NCBI GenBank assembly: GCA_032718475.1
Contig: JAUCBJ010002258.1
Span: forward strand, 1 to 50,483
Source: Nemertoderma westbladi
Taxonomy: Eukaryota; Animalia; Xenacoelomorpha
Direction: 5' to 3'
DNA length: 50,483 nt
Positions 24,201 to 36,335 of this stretch are shown piece by piece. The position numbers and the translations under genes were made by a program. The notes below the pieces were generated by a model, which saw only the letters and a program-made list of their open reading frames with translations, ran no database searches and was not told the origin of the DNA. Within the stretch, counting starts at the first letter, position 1. The number at the start of each line of letters is the position of its first letter.

Positions 24201-25149
24201 CCGATTATGTCTTCTGTGTGTGCATGGTATGTGTCCGATTTTGTGTTTACCGTTGTGTACTTGATTTCGTGAGCATCTGTTGAGTACACGTGTGCAGTGA
24301 CTAGTAAGTGGTGACTTGTTCTTAGCTTTTATGCTAGTCAGTATTGTTGGCGGAACTGACTTCCCCTCAATACTGCCGGCGAGGCGGGTGAAAACGTGTC
24401 AATATTCCATGTTGGGTAGCGCAAGCCCACTTGGGACAAGACCGTCGGTTTGGCTCAAGGGCGACCTTGATGCTCGATCGCTATCGACTGGTCCACCCGC
24501 CGGTTGACTCTCTGAGTTGGCTCAATGTACAGTCAGGCCACAGTAAGTTGACAGTAGGCGAACTTTGTGCAATTCGGCTACACACGACGAGCTGTGCCGG
24601 TGTGATCGGGGGATTGAAAATTGAACCCGGGAAGCATCGGGCTACCCTCCGGCCCGGTCTGATAAAAACGGAGTCGGACTGGCCCCAAGGGTAGTGGAAA
24701 AGCGTCCGCCTCGTGGGTGCGCCTCGGGGAGGAGCCCAGAAGGACGTAAGCGAAATTAATAAATACCCAAAGGGGTATACCATCAACCCCGGTAACAATG
24801 TGTCAACCTGTTAGGTCTGAAGTATTTCATGCGCAAGGTGTGGAGCCTACACGCATCTATACTGCTAGTGAAGTAGAAACTCCTATAGTAAACCCTATTA
24901 AGGGTAATTATAAACCTGTTGACAATGATATTCCATATAGACCTGATAATAATCCGAGAAATTTATATACCGATAACTCGATATTAAATAATACGATGGC
25001 CCAAGAAAGTTTTACGCGTCAAATGGCTAGAACCGAAGCCCGTCAAGCGGTAAAAGTGGGAGAGATCGTCAAGTTCAATGGAGATGAGATGAAATGGTTA
25101 CCTTTTAATGAATATTACAAAGATAACATACAGAACTCTGTGCTATCTA

Positions 25150-26689
25150 CAGTCCCAATCCCAATAAACATTAACTTGGTCATTTTGGCGGCCAAAATTA
25201 CCAAAATGGCCAAGTAAAAACTGCGGTATTCATGAAAGGAACTGCTGAGGCACTTTGGCTTGTCAATCACAGCCAGTGAATACAGGCTGAGTGTAGGTAA
25301 AACCCAGCATGTTGGCGCTGAGGTAGAGTTCTGAGGTAGAGTTCTCTCTACCTTTAGGTAGAGAGAAAGGCTCCAATGTAGTAACGGCTGGACTCGCCAC
25401 TGTAGTAAACATGCCTGTAAGAGTGCAGTGTGAGGCGCCCGCCCTAACTTATTATTTTCTACATAATTTTTACTAATCTAATAATTAACACACCTTTACC
25501 TGTCACTTAGGTTATAAGCAGTGTGCTAGCACTTGCAGCGTAATAATTAATTATTTACTTTAATTATATTCGATTGGTAATAAAAATAACAAGTCCATAT
25601 ATTTAATTTGTAAAAATTCTTTAAAATATGAGAAAAGTATTTACATAGATTTTTCTTTATTTAGCAGTTTAATACGCTATAATATAAATGCTCTCATAAA
25701 TACAGTTAGGGGGGGGGGGGGGGGGGGGCTGGACGCAATAAAAATTAATCACTCTCCAGGGGAAATTTGACGCAAATAACAGATGATTACTCTCAAAAAT
25801 AAAACTGTAATGTTCATTTATGTTTAATTTATTGTTTTGGTTAAAATAACGTGCCACTGTAACCTGCCCCTTTCCCTAAATTGAGAATTTAACATTGAGG
25901 CGGGATATTAATTCGCCAAGGCGAGTTTTGCGTCCAGTTCCCCCCCCCCCCCCCCCCCCCCCTGTCTCGATAAATAATAATTTCATCATCATAAATTCAC
26001 CCAAATATGCCGACTCTGTTGACTGTTAGCACAGAGCCAGAGCCTGATATTATAATGTTTTCAGTTACTATCGCCCTCGAATTCAGACCCAGCTACTAGA
26101 AATAGGCCGCGCCGCTTAATCTGAATTTCATTAGTATACCGAACTCGTTCGAGACTGAGTGTCGCTATTTAATAGCTACCTCTCGTCCTGTCACAGACCC
26201 AGCTTCTAACTATAAAACTATAATTAGGACGCCTTCATACAGAACACGTTGCCATTTCATAATGACTCTCAACTGAAGCTACACAAAGGAAAAGGTGAGA
26301 AGTGATTATCTAATAATTACACACAAAATCCGATTATTATACATACTCCTCCTTTTAACAAAGCCGCATTCAACTAACTCCCTTATTACGTATTAGCCTG
26401 TGCTGTTTCAATGCCTCAGTGGGTGGTCTCTACTACAACTGAAAGGCCCGACTCAGCTCCAGGTAAGTTAACAATCTGTCAATAATAAAAATGAAAGCGA
26501 GCCGACATTTAGTCAGAGCAACCAAAAGGATGTCCAAGGAGACGGGCTGTCTGGACTTGACTGAGTCGAGTTAAATCGCTTCGCCAAAACGACCAAGTAG
26601 CCCATAGGAATACACTACATTTTTTTTGGCGATTTTGGTCATTTTGGCCGCCAAAACGACCAAGTTAATGTTTATTGGGATTGGGACTG
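25150..26689. mobile_element. Non-autonomous TA-target (Tc1/mariner-type) element inserted in gag
   Basis: ~62-bp TIR CAGTCCCAATCCCAATAAACATTAACTTGGTC... with about 3 mismatches; TA TSD at 25148-25149 and 26690-26691; removal restores the gag frame. Confidence 0.92.
25703..25964. mobile_element. Small nested inverted-repeat element
   Basis: (G)nCTGGACGCAA ... TTGCGTCCAGTT(C)n inverted ends; TSD unclear. Confidence 0.5.
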
Positions 26690-27620
26690 TAATGGAGAGA
26701 AACTTAGATTCCTCATCGAGTGCTTGGAAGGATCTCCCAAGTTAATGGCGTTAAAGTTTATTGGACATCCAGATGGATTAAGACAAGTTTGGGATACACT
26801 AAACATCAGGTATGGTAATAGGAATAACATAGCTAGGTATTTGTATGCAAAATTGGTAGCCCCCCGAAAGTTCATTAGCAGCGGGATTATAGAGTTTTCC
26901 GATGAGATTCAGGAGATCTGTAGACAATTAGATTGGCTAGGTAAGTCTCATGAATATCAGAGTTCTATGTTTATTGGAGCCATGGCCTCTACTTTACCGA
27001 AGGGTGGAGTAGGTACACGCTGGGATAAGAAAGTGTTATATATGATGGAACAACAACGACGAGACCCTACCATGGCTGATCTCATGTCATTCTTAGATGG
27101 AGAAGTGAAATTACAGCTCCTAAAGCAGTCCAGAGAGAAGACACCGGAAAACAAGGTAAGTGAGAAACCCGTTTCTAGGAGAAAGGTAACACCAGTGTGT
27201 TATACCGACGACGGCGAAAGCCAGGCTTCTCAAGAAGAAGACAGCGGGAAAGACACTGAAAGATCTTATTATGTCAACAAAACGCCTAAAGACGTAAGTA
27301 AATTCAAGTCTCGAACCAATGACAGGAGAGAACAGGTAAGAAAAACTCCTCCTACGTCTCCTAAGAGAATTCAGGTAAGAAAGCCCAAAGAAAGAACGAG
27401 TGTGCACAACGTTACTCAAAATAAGGTAAGTAACATCAAATCGAAATGTGCGCTGTGTGACGGGCCCCACCGTTTGAATGATTGTGATGAATTCCTAAAG
27501 AAATCATTAAAGGGATAAGCGGTTGTGTTATAATTGCCTCAGACAAGGACACCAATGGCGAACCTGTGTGTGCGAAGTGCGGCGCAAAACATCATATCTT
27601 GTTGCACACTGAATTCAAAC

Positions 27621-30600
27621 GAAACAGCCCGAGTCAGGTAAGTGAGTCCGAACTACATGTCCAATTCAGTGATGTGAACGACACTGACCAAAGTTCTGAG
27701 ATGGAAGGATTCTATACGGACGAATTATCCGACGAAAACGAATCCTGTTACCTGATAAATACCGCAGTGTATCGAGCACTTACGTATGAAAGGGACACCT
27801 CCGACAGCGAGCTCCCCTTAACTAATTCTGACCAACAACCATCTTGGAAAGCTCCAACTTCCAATGTAGGAATCCGAGAATTTCCCATAGTGCAGTTGAG
27901 GGTCCACGGACCTAAAAGGAGTTATATAGTGAATTCCCTCCTTGACTCTGGTAGCACAGGAACATTCATCGACAAAGAACTAGCCTAAGACATCTTTGCT
28001 GGACAACCCAAGTTCCGAACTAAGTTAAACATGTCAGGAATTATGCAGGTTTGGAAATCTACAGTAATAGCGGATTATTATGTAGGTGCGTTGTCCACCC
28101 CCCAGGATGAACTAGGAGAACACAGCATAAGGTCAGTAAAAATGGTGGCGATAAAGAACTTCGCTACCAGCCAAGTAGAACCTTATAACTGGGATGAGGA
28201 CGATTTCACCCAGCAGCTTAATATACCTAGATTCAACACAGATTACCCTGGAGTGCAAATACTCATCGGCCAAAATGCACATGAGGCGCTTGAGACATTG
28301 GAGAAACGGCCTGCTCAACTGCAACCACTACAAGCCTATGCGGGAAGAACTAGAGTAGGTTGGTACTTTACTGGCCCTTCCCGTAGAACTCTCATGGAAA
28401 GGTTACCAAAAGAATGGGTATACCAAGTAAGTGAATGGGAAGCGGAGAGCAGTGAGGTAGACGACCCAACTGAGGGAACACCATACTCCTCAGATAATGA
28501 CGATATCCACCAACTCTTCGACGAGGAAAATACCATCGACCTCCTTACGGAAAACGAGACTTGGCAAAACCAAGTGAACCTCTGTCAACTCATTCGTCCA
28601 TCAGGACAAATCGACTATAACGACGAACTGAATGACGTAATAGAGCGCTATAACGCGAAGACTCGGGATGAACACGCCGTATGATTCTTTACTCAAGAGC
28701 TGTAGAGCCCAATTCCTACGATAAGGCCCTATCGTTAGAAGAAGAAAGAGCCAAGCAGATCCAGGAGACAACTACACGTTTTCTTAAAGATCAAGGTAGA
28801 TATGAAATCAGTCTACCATTCCAAAAGCGAGAACCAAAATTCATAAACAACCGACCCTTGGCGGAGAAAAGAATTGCTCAACTACATCGACGCCTTACGG
28901 CAAATGCTTCAGCAAAAGAAATGTATCAGACTCAGTTGGAGAAATTTATTAACAAGGGATATGCGGAGCGAGTACTGGAAGAAACACCCATAACTGAGAG
29001 AACGTACTATTTAACACATCATTACGTTCCCAAACCCGGTAAACCCCATGAAGTACGGGTAGTATTTGACGGCTCCGCCCTCTACATTGGCCAATCCATT
29101 AATTCCGAGTTGTTACCAGGACCCAACTTACTCCAATCCTTGTTGGGAATACTCTTAAGATTAAGACAATATTCAATTGCTTTCGCCTCCGATATAGAAG
29201 GCATGTTCTTACAAGTCAAGGCGCTGGATAGGGATCGAGACAGCCTACGATTTCTGTGGTGGCCGGAAGGAGACCTCAACCAGAAACCGGTGGAGTATTG
29301 GATGACCATCCAGGCTTTTGGGATCATCTCAAGCCCTTCAAACGCCTGTTCAGTGGTGCGCACTACTGCTGATGACAACCGGGACGCCTTCTCTAAAGAG
29401 GTGATCGACAACATCAAACGGGATATATACATGGACGACAATTTAAAGTCCCTTCCATCGGTGGAAGAAGCCATTGATGTCGCCAAAGGAATGGTAGAGT
29501 GCTTAAAAAGAGGTGGATTTCGATTAACTAAATTCACCAGCAACTCCTGTGAGTTTCTAGAATCGATCCCGGTAGAAGATCGAGGAGCGAAAGATCTAGA
29601 CCTAATCAAAGACGATCTTCCAGAAACCAAGACACTTGGTTTGAAATGGGACACAGAGAGAGATATCCTGTTTTTCCAGCTAAAACAGCGAGATAATCCA
29701 GTTCGGACTAAACGGATTTGTTTAAGTATCCTGAGCACTTATTTCGATCCATTGGGATTTATTAGCCCAGTTATATTGATTGCTCGGAGTTTAGTACAAC
29801 AAATGTGGCTTGAAAACCACTCATGGGACGATCCACTTAAGGGAGAACTATTAAAGAAGTGGATGAAATGGGAAGATTCTCTACCAGCCATCGAGAACTT
29901 TATAATTTCCCGTTCATATTTTGGTCATGTTCTCCCTACGTATTCCTATCAACTCCATGTGTTTGGAGACTCCAGCGATATGGGAATAGGTATAGTAGCC
30001 TACCTGAGAGTGGAAACTCCGGATGGAATCAAAGTCGCCTTGGTTATCTCTAAGGCATTGATAAACAACAAGTTGAAAGTTTCTCGAGCGGAGTTAAAAG
30101 CGGCTCTATACGCTACAGCCATCGGCCGAAATGTAACAGAACAGATCGAATATCCACTGGAGAAAACTGTCTATTGGACCGATGCTTTACTCGTGTTGGA
30201 GTATATAACCAATGAAGTCTGTCAGTGCAGCGTCTTCGTTACCAACAGAGTAGCCATTATACTTAGTCGTACGAAGATGGATCAATGGAGACATTGCCCC
30301 GGAATGATTAATCCAGCAGACATCGCCTCCAGGGGAGCAACTCCACAAGAACTGATAGATACTCCAGACTGGTTAGGTGGACCCGAATTCCTAAGCAAAC
30401 AAGAGGATGAATGGCCTCCTCATCTTACTACAGCGGAGATTAGACAGGCCAAGGGAGCGGAGAAAGTCAAACCTAAAACTCGGGCGAGTAAATCGAAGTT
30501 ATTTAAAACCCGTTGTAGATCTGTCTGTACTACACACTTCCGGAGACGACGCTTTGGATCCGAAACCCACAGCCGCAAATAAGTCTGTTGTGGAAATCAG

Positions 30601-31939
30601 AGAGAGTGATTGGAAATCTGGAATACCAGATGTCTCGCAAGGACTCTCACCTCACCTGCAGAGAGCGATACATCATTATAGTTCCTGGAATCGGCTCTGT
30701 AAGGCCGTTACATATTTAAAGCGATGTTTTCATCATCACTATTCCAGGACGAAGACCAATAGTGATATCGCTCCACTGACATCTGTGCAGGTCCATGTTG
30801 TTAAAGATCTTCCCAAATATAAGATATCCGACAGGTTTCTGAAGGAGAAAATCAGTTACCAGGAGCATGAAGGAACCAATAAGCAGATGCTGAGACTCCT
30901 GCAATGCTATGAGGATTCCGATAAGTATTTCCTGTTGTTGAGAAATCCACAGATGCGCTTAAGGGATCGTTTCTCTAGCACAATGATAGATGGGTTGATA
31001 CGTGTTGGAGGAAGATTAACTAATGCTCCATTATCCTTTGACACTAAGTTTCCCATACTCATTAGAAATCTTGAAATACAAATCAAGATGATTGTAGATG
31101 TTCACAGCAAACTTTATCATGCTGGTAGAGAACGAGTTCTTAGCGAAATTCGAACTCGCTATTATTTTTATAAACCCCGTAGAGCTCTGAACCAAGTTCT
31201 TAGGAACTGCATACCCTGTAGGAAAGCATTCAGTAGGCCTTTAACACAGCGAGAAGCAGAATTACCTAGGGAACGAGTAAGCTTCTATGAACCACCCTTT
31301 ACTAATACCGGTGTAGATTTATTTGGCCCTATTGAAGTATATCGTGCTAGGACTATAGTCAAGAGATGGTGTGTCATCTTTGTTTGTATGACTTGTAGAG
31401 CTATCCATCTCGATATGGTGAACAATTTATCTACCAACAGCTTCCTATTGAGCTTACGACGACAGATCGCTCGCTTTGGAACTAGTAACACGATGAGATC
31501 TGATAAGGGAACGAACTTCATTGGTGCCAACAATGAAATCAAGGCTTACGTCAAAGATTGGAACCAAAGACAGGTGGACGATCAGCTAAGGGTAACAGCG
31601 TCTAGCTGGACCTTCAACGCCGCCGACGCCCCTTGGTGGGGAGGAAGTTGGGAGAGATTAATCAGGAGCGTGAAGACCGCATTTCACTTTATAGTGCCGT
31701 GCCGCGCGTATCTCACCGAGGAACTTTTGCGGACGTTAATGGAGGAAATCGCTGCCTATCTCAACGAGAGACCGCTTATACCGGGAATTGTCTTCGAGAC
31801 ACAGCAGCTCAATCGCCCAGTTGGCCGTTTATGTTTACTGGAAAGAGACCGAGAACTCTCCGGAAACTATGGAAGGCAAGATACTCTTCCCACGACCACC
31901 TCCCTGATCCAACAAACATCTAGGGACTCCCCAACGTAA
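27621..31939 (+). pseudogene. BEL/Pao pol: aspartic protease, RT, RNase H, integrase (frameshifted)
   Basis: LLDSGS (~27944); RVVFDGS, DIEGMFLQV, YMDD (29428-29439); LHVFGDSS/ELKAA/WTD/NPADIASRG; H..LYH..CIPC; GVDLFGP, SDKGTNF, WERLIRSVK. The post-integrase domain looks mostly deleted (NERPL joined close to RPVGRLCLL). Confidence 0.95.
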
Positions 31940-32496
31940 CAGCGTCTGGAGTGGGTGTGTGACTATATTATTTATGTTTGTTTCATTATTTTTATACTTA
32001 TGTATGTATTATTATGTAATTTTATTATAATCGTTTTCTTTAATTTTATTTAGTAGAATGTCATTTTAGCAATTATTTAGTAGATTAGTGCCATATATAT
32101 TCGCGTTTATTACTTAATTACTTATATATTATATATTTAGTGCGACGGCGAGAAATTATTTTTTTTTTTTTCTCTTTCCTTACTGTCCGTCTTATATTAT
32201 AAATACGTGACTACAGTAAGATGAAATATCCGTACTTATTAAAGTACAATAAAGCTCCTACTATATTCAAGTATTATTGGTAAGTAGAGTATTAGGAATG
32301 CAAAATTCAGATCCTCGTGTCTCGGCTAAACCAAGCTCTGGGTAGACCTTGGAAACGACTTGCCTCTTCTCACTGACATTGCTTCTTGCGATATTGCTCT
32401 CATACCGTATATTAAATAATACATATAGTAGCGTGATGTCCCTTTAACAGTAGCGTACAACGCAAATAAATCTGTTAAACCCTTTGACCATCTGTA

Positions 32497-32765
32497 ATTC
32501 TAGTCGATTAAGATATCGCGGCACCCACCGATATACTTGAAAGACAAAATTCTAGAATCAGTGGTTAACGTCCCCAGACAAGTTCTGGAATAAACTGGTG
32601 CCCATCCTAAATATTAACTATTAATATTTATAAAATCTGTCAAATTTTAGATCCTTTAAAATTCTAGTCTATTAAGATATCGTAGCACTTACCGATATTC
32701 TTAAAAAGACCAATTTCCTAGAATCAAGGATTCTAGTCCCCAGACATGTTCTGGAATAAAATTGT
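32497..32765. repeat. ~163-bp-period tandem duplication downstream of pol
   Basis: AATTCTAGTC.ATTAAGATATCG..GCAC..ACCGATAT...GTCCCCAGACA.GTTCTGGAATAAA at ~32497 and ~32660. Confidence 0.7.
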
Positions 32766-33577
32766 GTCTATTTAATATTAAATAATAAAATTTACGGGAA
32801 TAAATTTAAATTCATATTTTAATGAATTTGATAAATTGTCATTTTTATACAATTTATAACATTCCCAAAATTCCATTAATTAATAGATCATGGGAGCGGA
32901 GATTCACCCTATTAAGTGTATTAGTGTGCGAGAATCTCCAATATATAGTCAATAGCCGATAAAATTCATAAAATCATGTATAAAGGGGATATTGACAATT
33001 AAAGAATTACTATTAAATAGCATCCAGATCTGTATGCATGAGAATTACCCTAATTCTAATGCTAGCTTTCCATAATGTCACCATAGCAACAACCACGCTA
33101 GAATTAGAAGTGAGTTAAAAGAACAATAGAAAGCTTACCCCATTGAATAGCATAGGGAATAAATAGCATACTGCTAGTATCCAAGGATACCTAATAATAA
33201 CGTGGCATTCTGGAAGGCACTTGACTAACGGACAAATGGCCCGAATGTGTACAATTTGTGACAGTTGTGTGGAATTTGTGCGTTTATAGGTGAATGTTAC
33301 TACTAAAGTGTGTTTACAGTAGCGAGTCGCAATTGTGAAAGTAGCCCTAACTCTGCAGCAAGAACCTGAAGTAAATCTAAGCCTTTGGGACGGACAGTGG
33401 AGTGACTTGTGCCGGTTATCATTGTCATGTGTAGCTAATACGTTGGCGAAAACACAGCGACGACGGTACATCGGCGCTGAGGATCTTGCACTGTCCGGGG
33501 GCAGAGAGGGGTAGGCAGCGACGCCCGCTAGCCTAAATATAAACTCATTATAATATTGATAAACTCATATAGCAGAT

Positions 33578-35103
33578 ATGACTGAGTTGATAGAAGATGA
33601 TCTTGGTATCAGGGAGCGATATACTCTACCTTTACAAGCATTTGTTGATAGCTTGATACGCGGCGACGCTGGTCCAACTACTACGGAGGATGATGGTCGT
33701 TATATCGAACCGCCAATGTCCCAGGAGCAACTTACGCGTGAATTGGACTATAGAAAATTCACCGCTCGCTATACGCATCGTAATGGTACGTATATGGACT
33801 TCTTAACTACTGGCCATCCTATCGATTTACACAATACGGACGATGTAGACACCGAAAGGGAAATGGTTTTATTTAAATATCATACCCAGCGGAGTCGGAA
33901 CGATAAACTGAGAATAGAACACGAGAATTCTATTCGAAACAGACTCGAAGGGGAAGACGTTGAAGAGCCGGATAAACGCAGCGACTTCAACGATTATCTG
34001 GAATTCCTGAGAGAAACATATCTCAATATTGCCAGTCAACAAAATCTAGAAACTCGATATCCTCAAGGTATACATCATGACCCTATGATAGAACTCAAAC
34101 GACTCTATTTCACTATGATGTATCTTACCGCCGATCGACTGCTACCTGTCGTCCCAGATAGCTTCGAACAGATGGAGGAATATTGTAAAACTGGAGAACG
34201 ATCACCCGCATTTCCCCTGCAGGACGTGCGTCTTTAGTATTACTGCGACGAATGCCCTAGATCCAAGCAGCAAACGGAAAGACATAAACATCCGCGGAGA
34301 CGTTGCGCTAAACACAGTTTTACACGATATACTTATGGGAGTTTCGAGCGAAACCTGTTCGACGTATCACCTACGCTCACTCGACTCAAACGATCCTTAA
34401 ATAAACCAATGATCAGAGTTCCGGAATACTCGGTCAGACCTCCTCATTCCTCAGTGAGACCTCAAACGCTTGATGCTAATAGTATAACGGATCCCCCTGA
34501 ACTGTACTCACTATTTAAAGATCTTGTGTTACCCGAACAATTAATCGGTGGCACTCCGGTAGTGGGCTCGCTAGATATTCGCCAACCCTACCTAGCCGGA
34601 TTAGGACGCGGTCATCTAATATCACCGTTTAACCCGTACAACCGTCCAGGCTTAACCCCGATACAACCCATTACCGAAGTCGAAGAGAGCGTTGTACGAA
34701 ACGCGTTAGACGCTATTAGGCAGAAGATCAGAAAGGGAACTTACGATTGTTTAGAGAAACGCAAATTGCAGCAACAAGTCCAAGCGGTGAAAGAATTAGC
34801 TTTACCCCAGTTCGATAGAGAAATCCAGAACCTCGAGGAAGACATCGAACGTGGACGAACCTATTCTCTACAAGAGTTCCTAGACGAGCGTTTACAACAA
34901 CAAGCGGAGGAAAATCAGCTCGAGGAGAAACACATAGAAATGGACGAGACATCGACCGTAACCCTAAACCTTCCGATGCAATTGTATTGCACCCTTTACC
35001 CAGGAGTTATAGCCCTCCTAGTAAAGTGGCTCGCCCCAAAGAGAAAAGGACTCTTGCTAGCCTCAAAAAACTGCGTAAACGCCGTCCGCGCAAGAAAGAC
35101 TAA
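33578..35103 (+). pseudogene. Extra ORF of unknown function in the BEL/Pao element (~500 codons reconstructed)
   Basis: ORFs 33578-34237 and 34409-35128 share a frame with a single TAG (34235-34237) and an open linker; a probable frameshift near 34945 gives a basic tail ending TAA at 35103. Confidence 0.7.
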
Positions 35104-35104
35104 C

Positions 35105-35342
35105 TGTTTAGAGTATTTTATATTTTAGAAACTGTGATTTTGTATATTTTATAGACTCAAATCCCATTTTCTGGGAGCGGTGTAAAAGCTTTTGCGGATG
35201 TAACAAGCTATTTTTCTCCGCAATATACCGAGTAGGTATTTTAGCGGACATAACAAGCGATTTTGCCCGCTATGTCTGCATGTGTGCTTTAGCGGACATA
35301 AAAAGCCATTTTTCTCCGCAATAAGCTCAAATACTCTAAACA
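35105..35342. repeat. 238-bp TG...CA cassette with 14-bp terminal inverted repeat and three ~49-bp internal repeats
   Basis: TGTTTAGAGTATTT (35105-35118) / AAATACTCTAAACA (35329-35342); GCGGAY.TAA.AAGC.ATTTT..CCGC at ~35194, 35244 and 35292. Confidence 0.7.
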
Positions 35343-35371
35343 TCGGAACTCAGATGACGACATCTATCAGC

Positions 35372-36335
35372 TGTGTCCACGTGTAACTTTTTCTTTGTTC
35401 TTTGTTCGTTCTTTGTTCGGTCGACCAATCGGAGCGGTTTTCACTCTGTGTTGGACATTGTATACAGAAACTCACGCAATTCAGTCAGTGTGTATTTTTC
35501 CTAAGCCTAGAACACCGGCTGTGGAATTATTCTGTGTTTCAGACTTTAGCCAAACATTAGTAGGCTTTGATCATAGAAACGTATAACTGTTATCAAACCA
35601 AACTGGCAAATGAATCACACTTGTCATATGGTCATATCTCATACAAACACCGCATTATTTGACTGCTATTTACTGTTGGTTATTAATTATATCAGTTGAT
35701 GGAATATTGTTATATTTGGATAATATCGATAAATAATCATAAAACCCCAATCTTCTTGATATACTGAAGGTAAGAGACCGGTTACATATAGCAATTGCGA
35801 CTTACATTATATTGGTTTTGGAGTGAATCTAATGCTATTTCATAGGCACTACATGTGTCAGTTGCTGTTCTCTTTATATGTGACTAAAATTAGTGAAGGT
35901 CGGCAGATCGGTGTGCAGCATTGTGCGGTAGTGTGCATGACTGTGACAGATAACAAAGCATCTCCTAAAGAATGCGCTTTATACGTGAATCATTAGCCAT
36001 CCCGTTGTGTTTAGTGTAAGTCATAACTCTGTTTACATACTTAGAGCGCCACGTCCTAAAGAAACTGTTGATATTTCCCGAAAGTGAATAATATTTGTCA
36101 GAGATTATATATTAACGATCAGTCGAATAATACAGTAGGCCTACACCGCAATAAGGTCAGAGCTTCCGAATCCAGTCTCCCGGGTATATCCAGCGGGTGA
36201 ATGGTCGCGCATAGACTGGCTTCGGCTAATGTAGTGTATCAAATACTCGTCATAGGCTAAAGTCGATTTATAACCTAGAAGACACCTAAATTTGGCAGGT
36301 TAAACTGCTAAAGGTCTGAAAGCGCGAACAATAAC
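35372..36335 (+). repeat. Long direct repeat, copy 2 (LTR or LTR-like), ending at the Helitron array
   Basis: Colinear with 18499-19462; no polypurine tract directly upstream. Confidence 0.8.

Larger units (their letters stand above)
21371..27620 (+). pseudogene. BEL/Pao gag (interrupted)
   Basis: ORFs 21371-22222 and 22286-23488 share a frame (one TAG between); AAAAEAERK repeats at ~22545-22740; FNGD..KW..F...LS|NGEKLRFL..CLEG restored by removing 25150-26691; CALCDGPHRLNDC, CYNCLRQGHQWRTC, CAKCGAKHHILLH knuckles at ~27447-27607. Confidence 0.88.
18499..36335 (+). mobile_element. BEL/Pao LTR retrotransposon, degenerate, ~17.8 kb including insertions
   Basis: Order gag (DUF1759-like, three Zn knuckles)-PR-RT-RNaseH-IN; bounded by 964-bp direct repeats; several stops and frameshifts. 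Confidence 0.92.

Noticed and set aside
33578-35128. Extra ORF as an env gene
   Set aside because: No signal peptide or Cys-rich ectodomain; the hydrophobic end in the annotated frame probably results from a frameshift.
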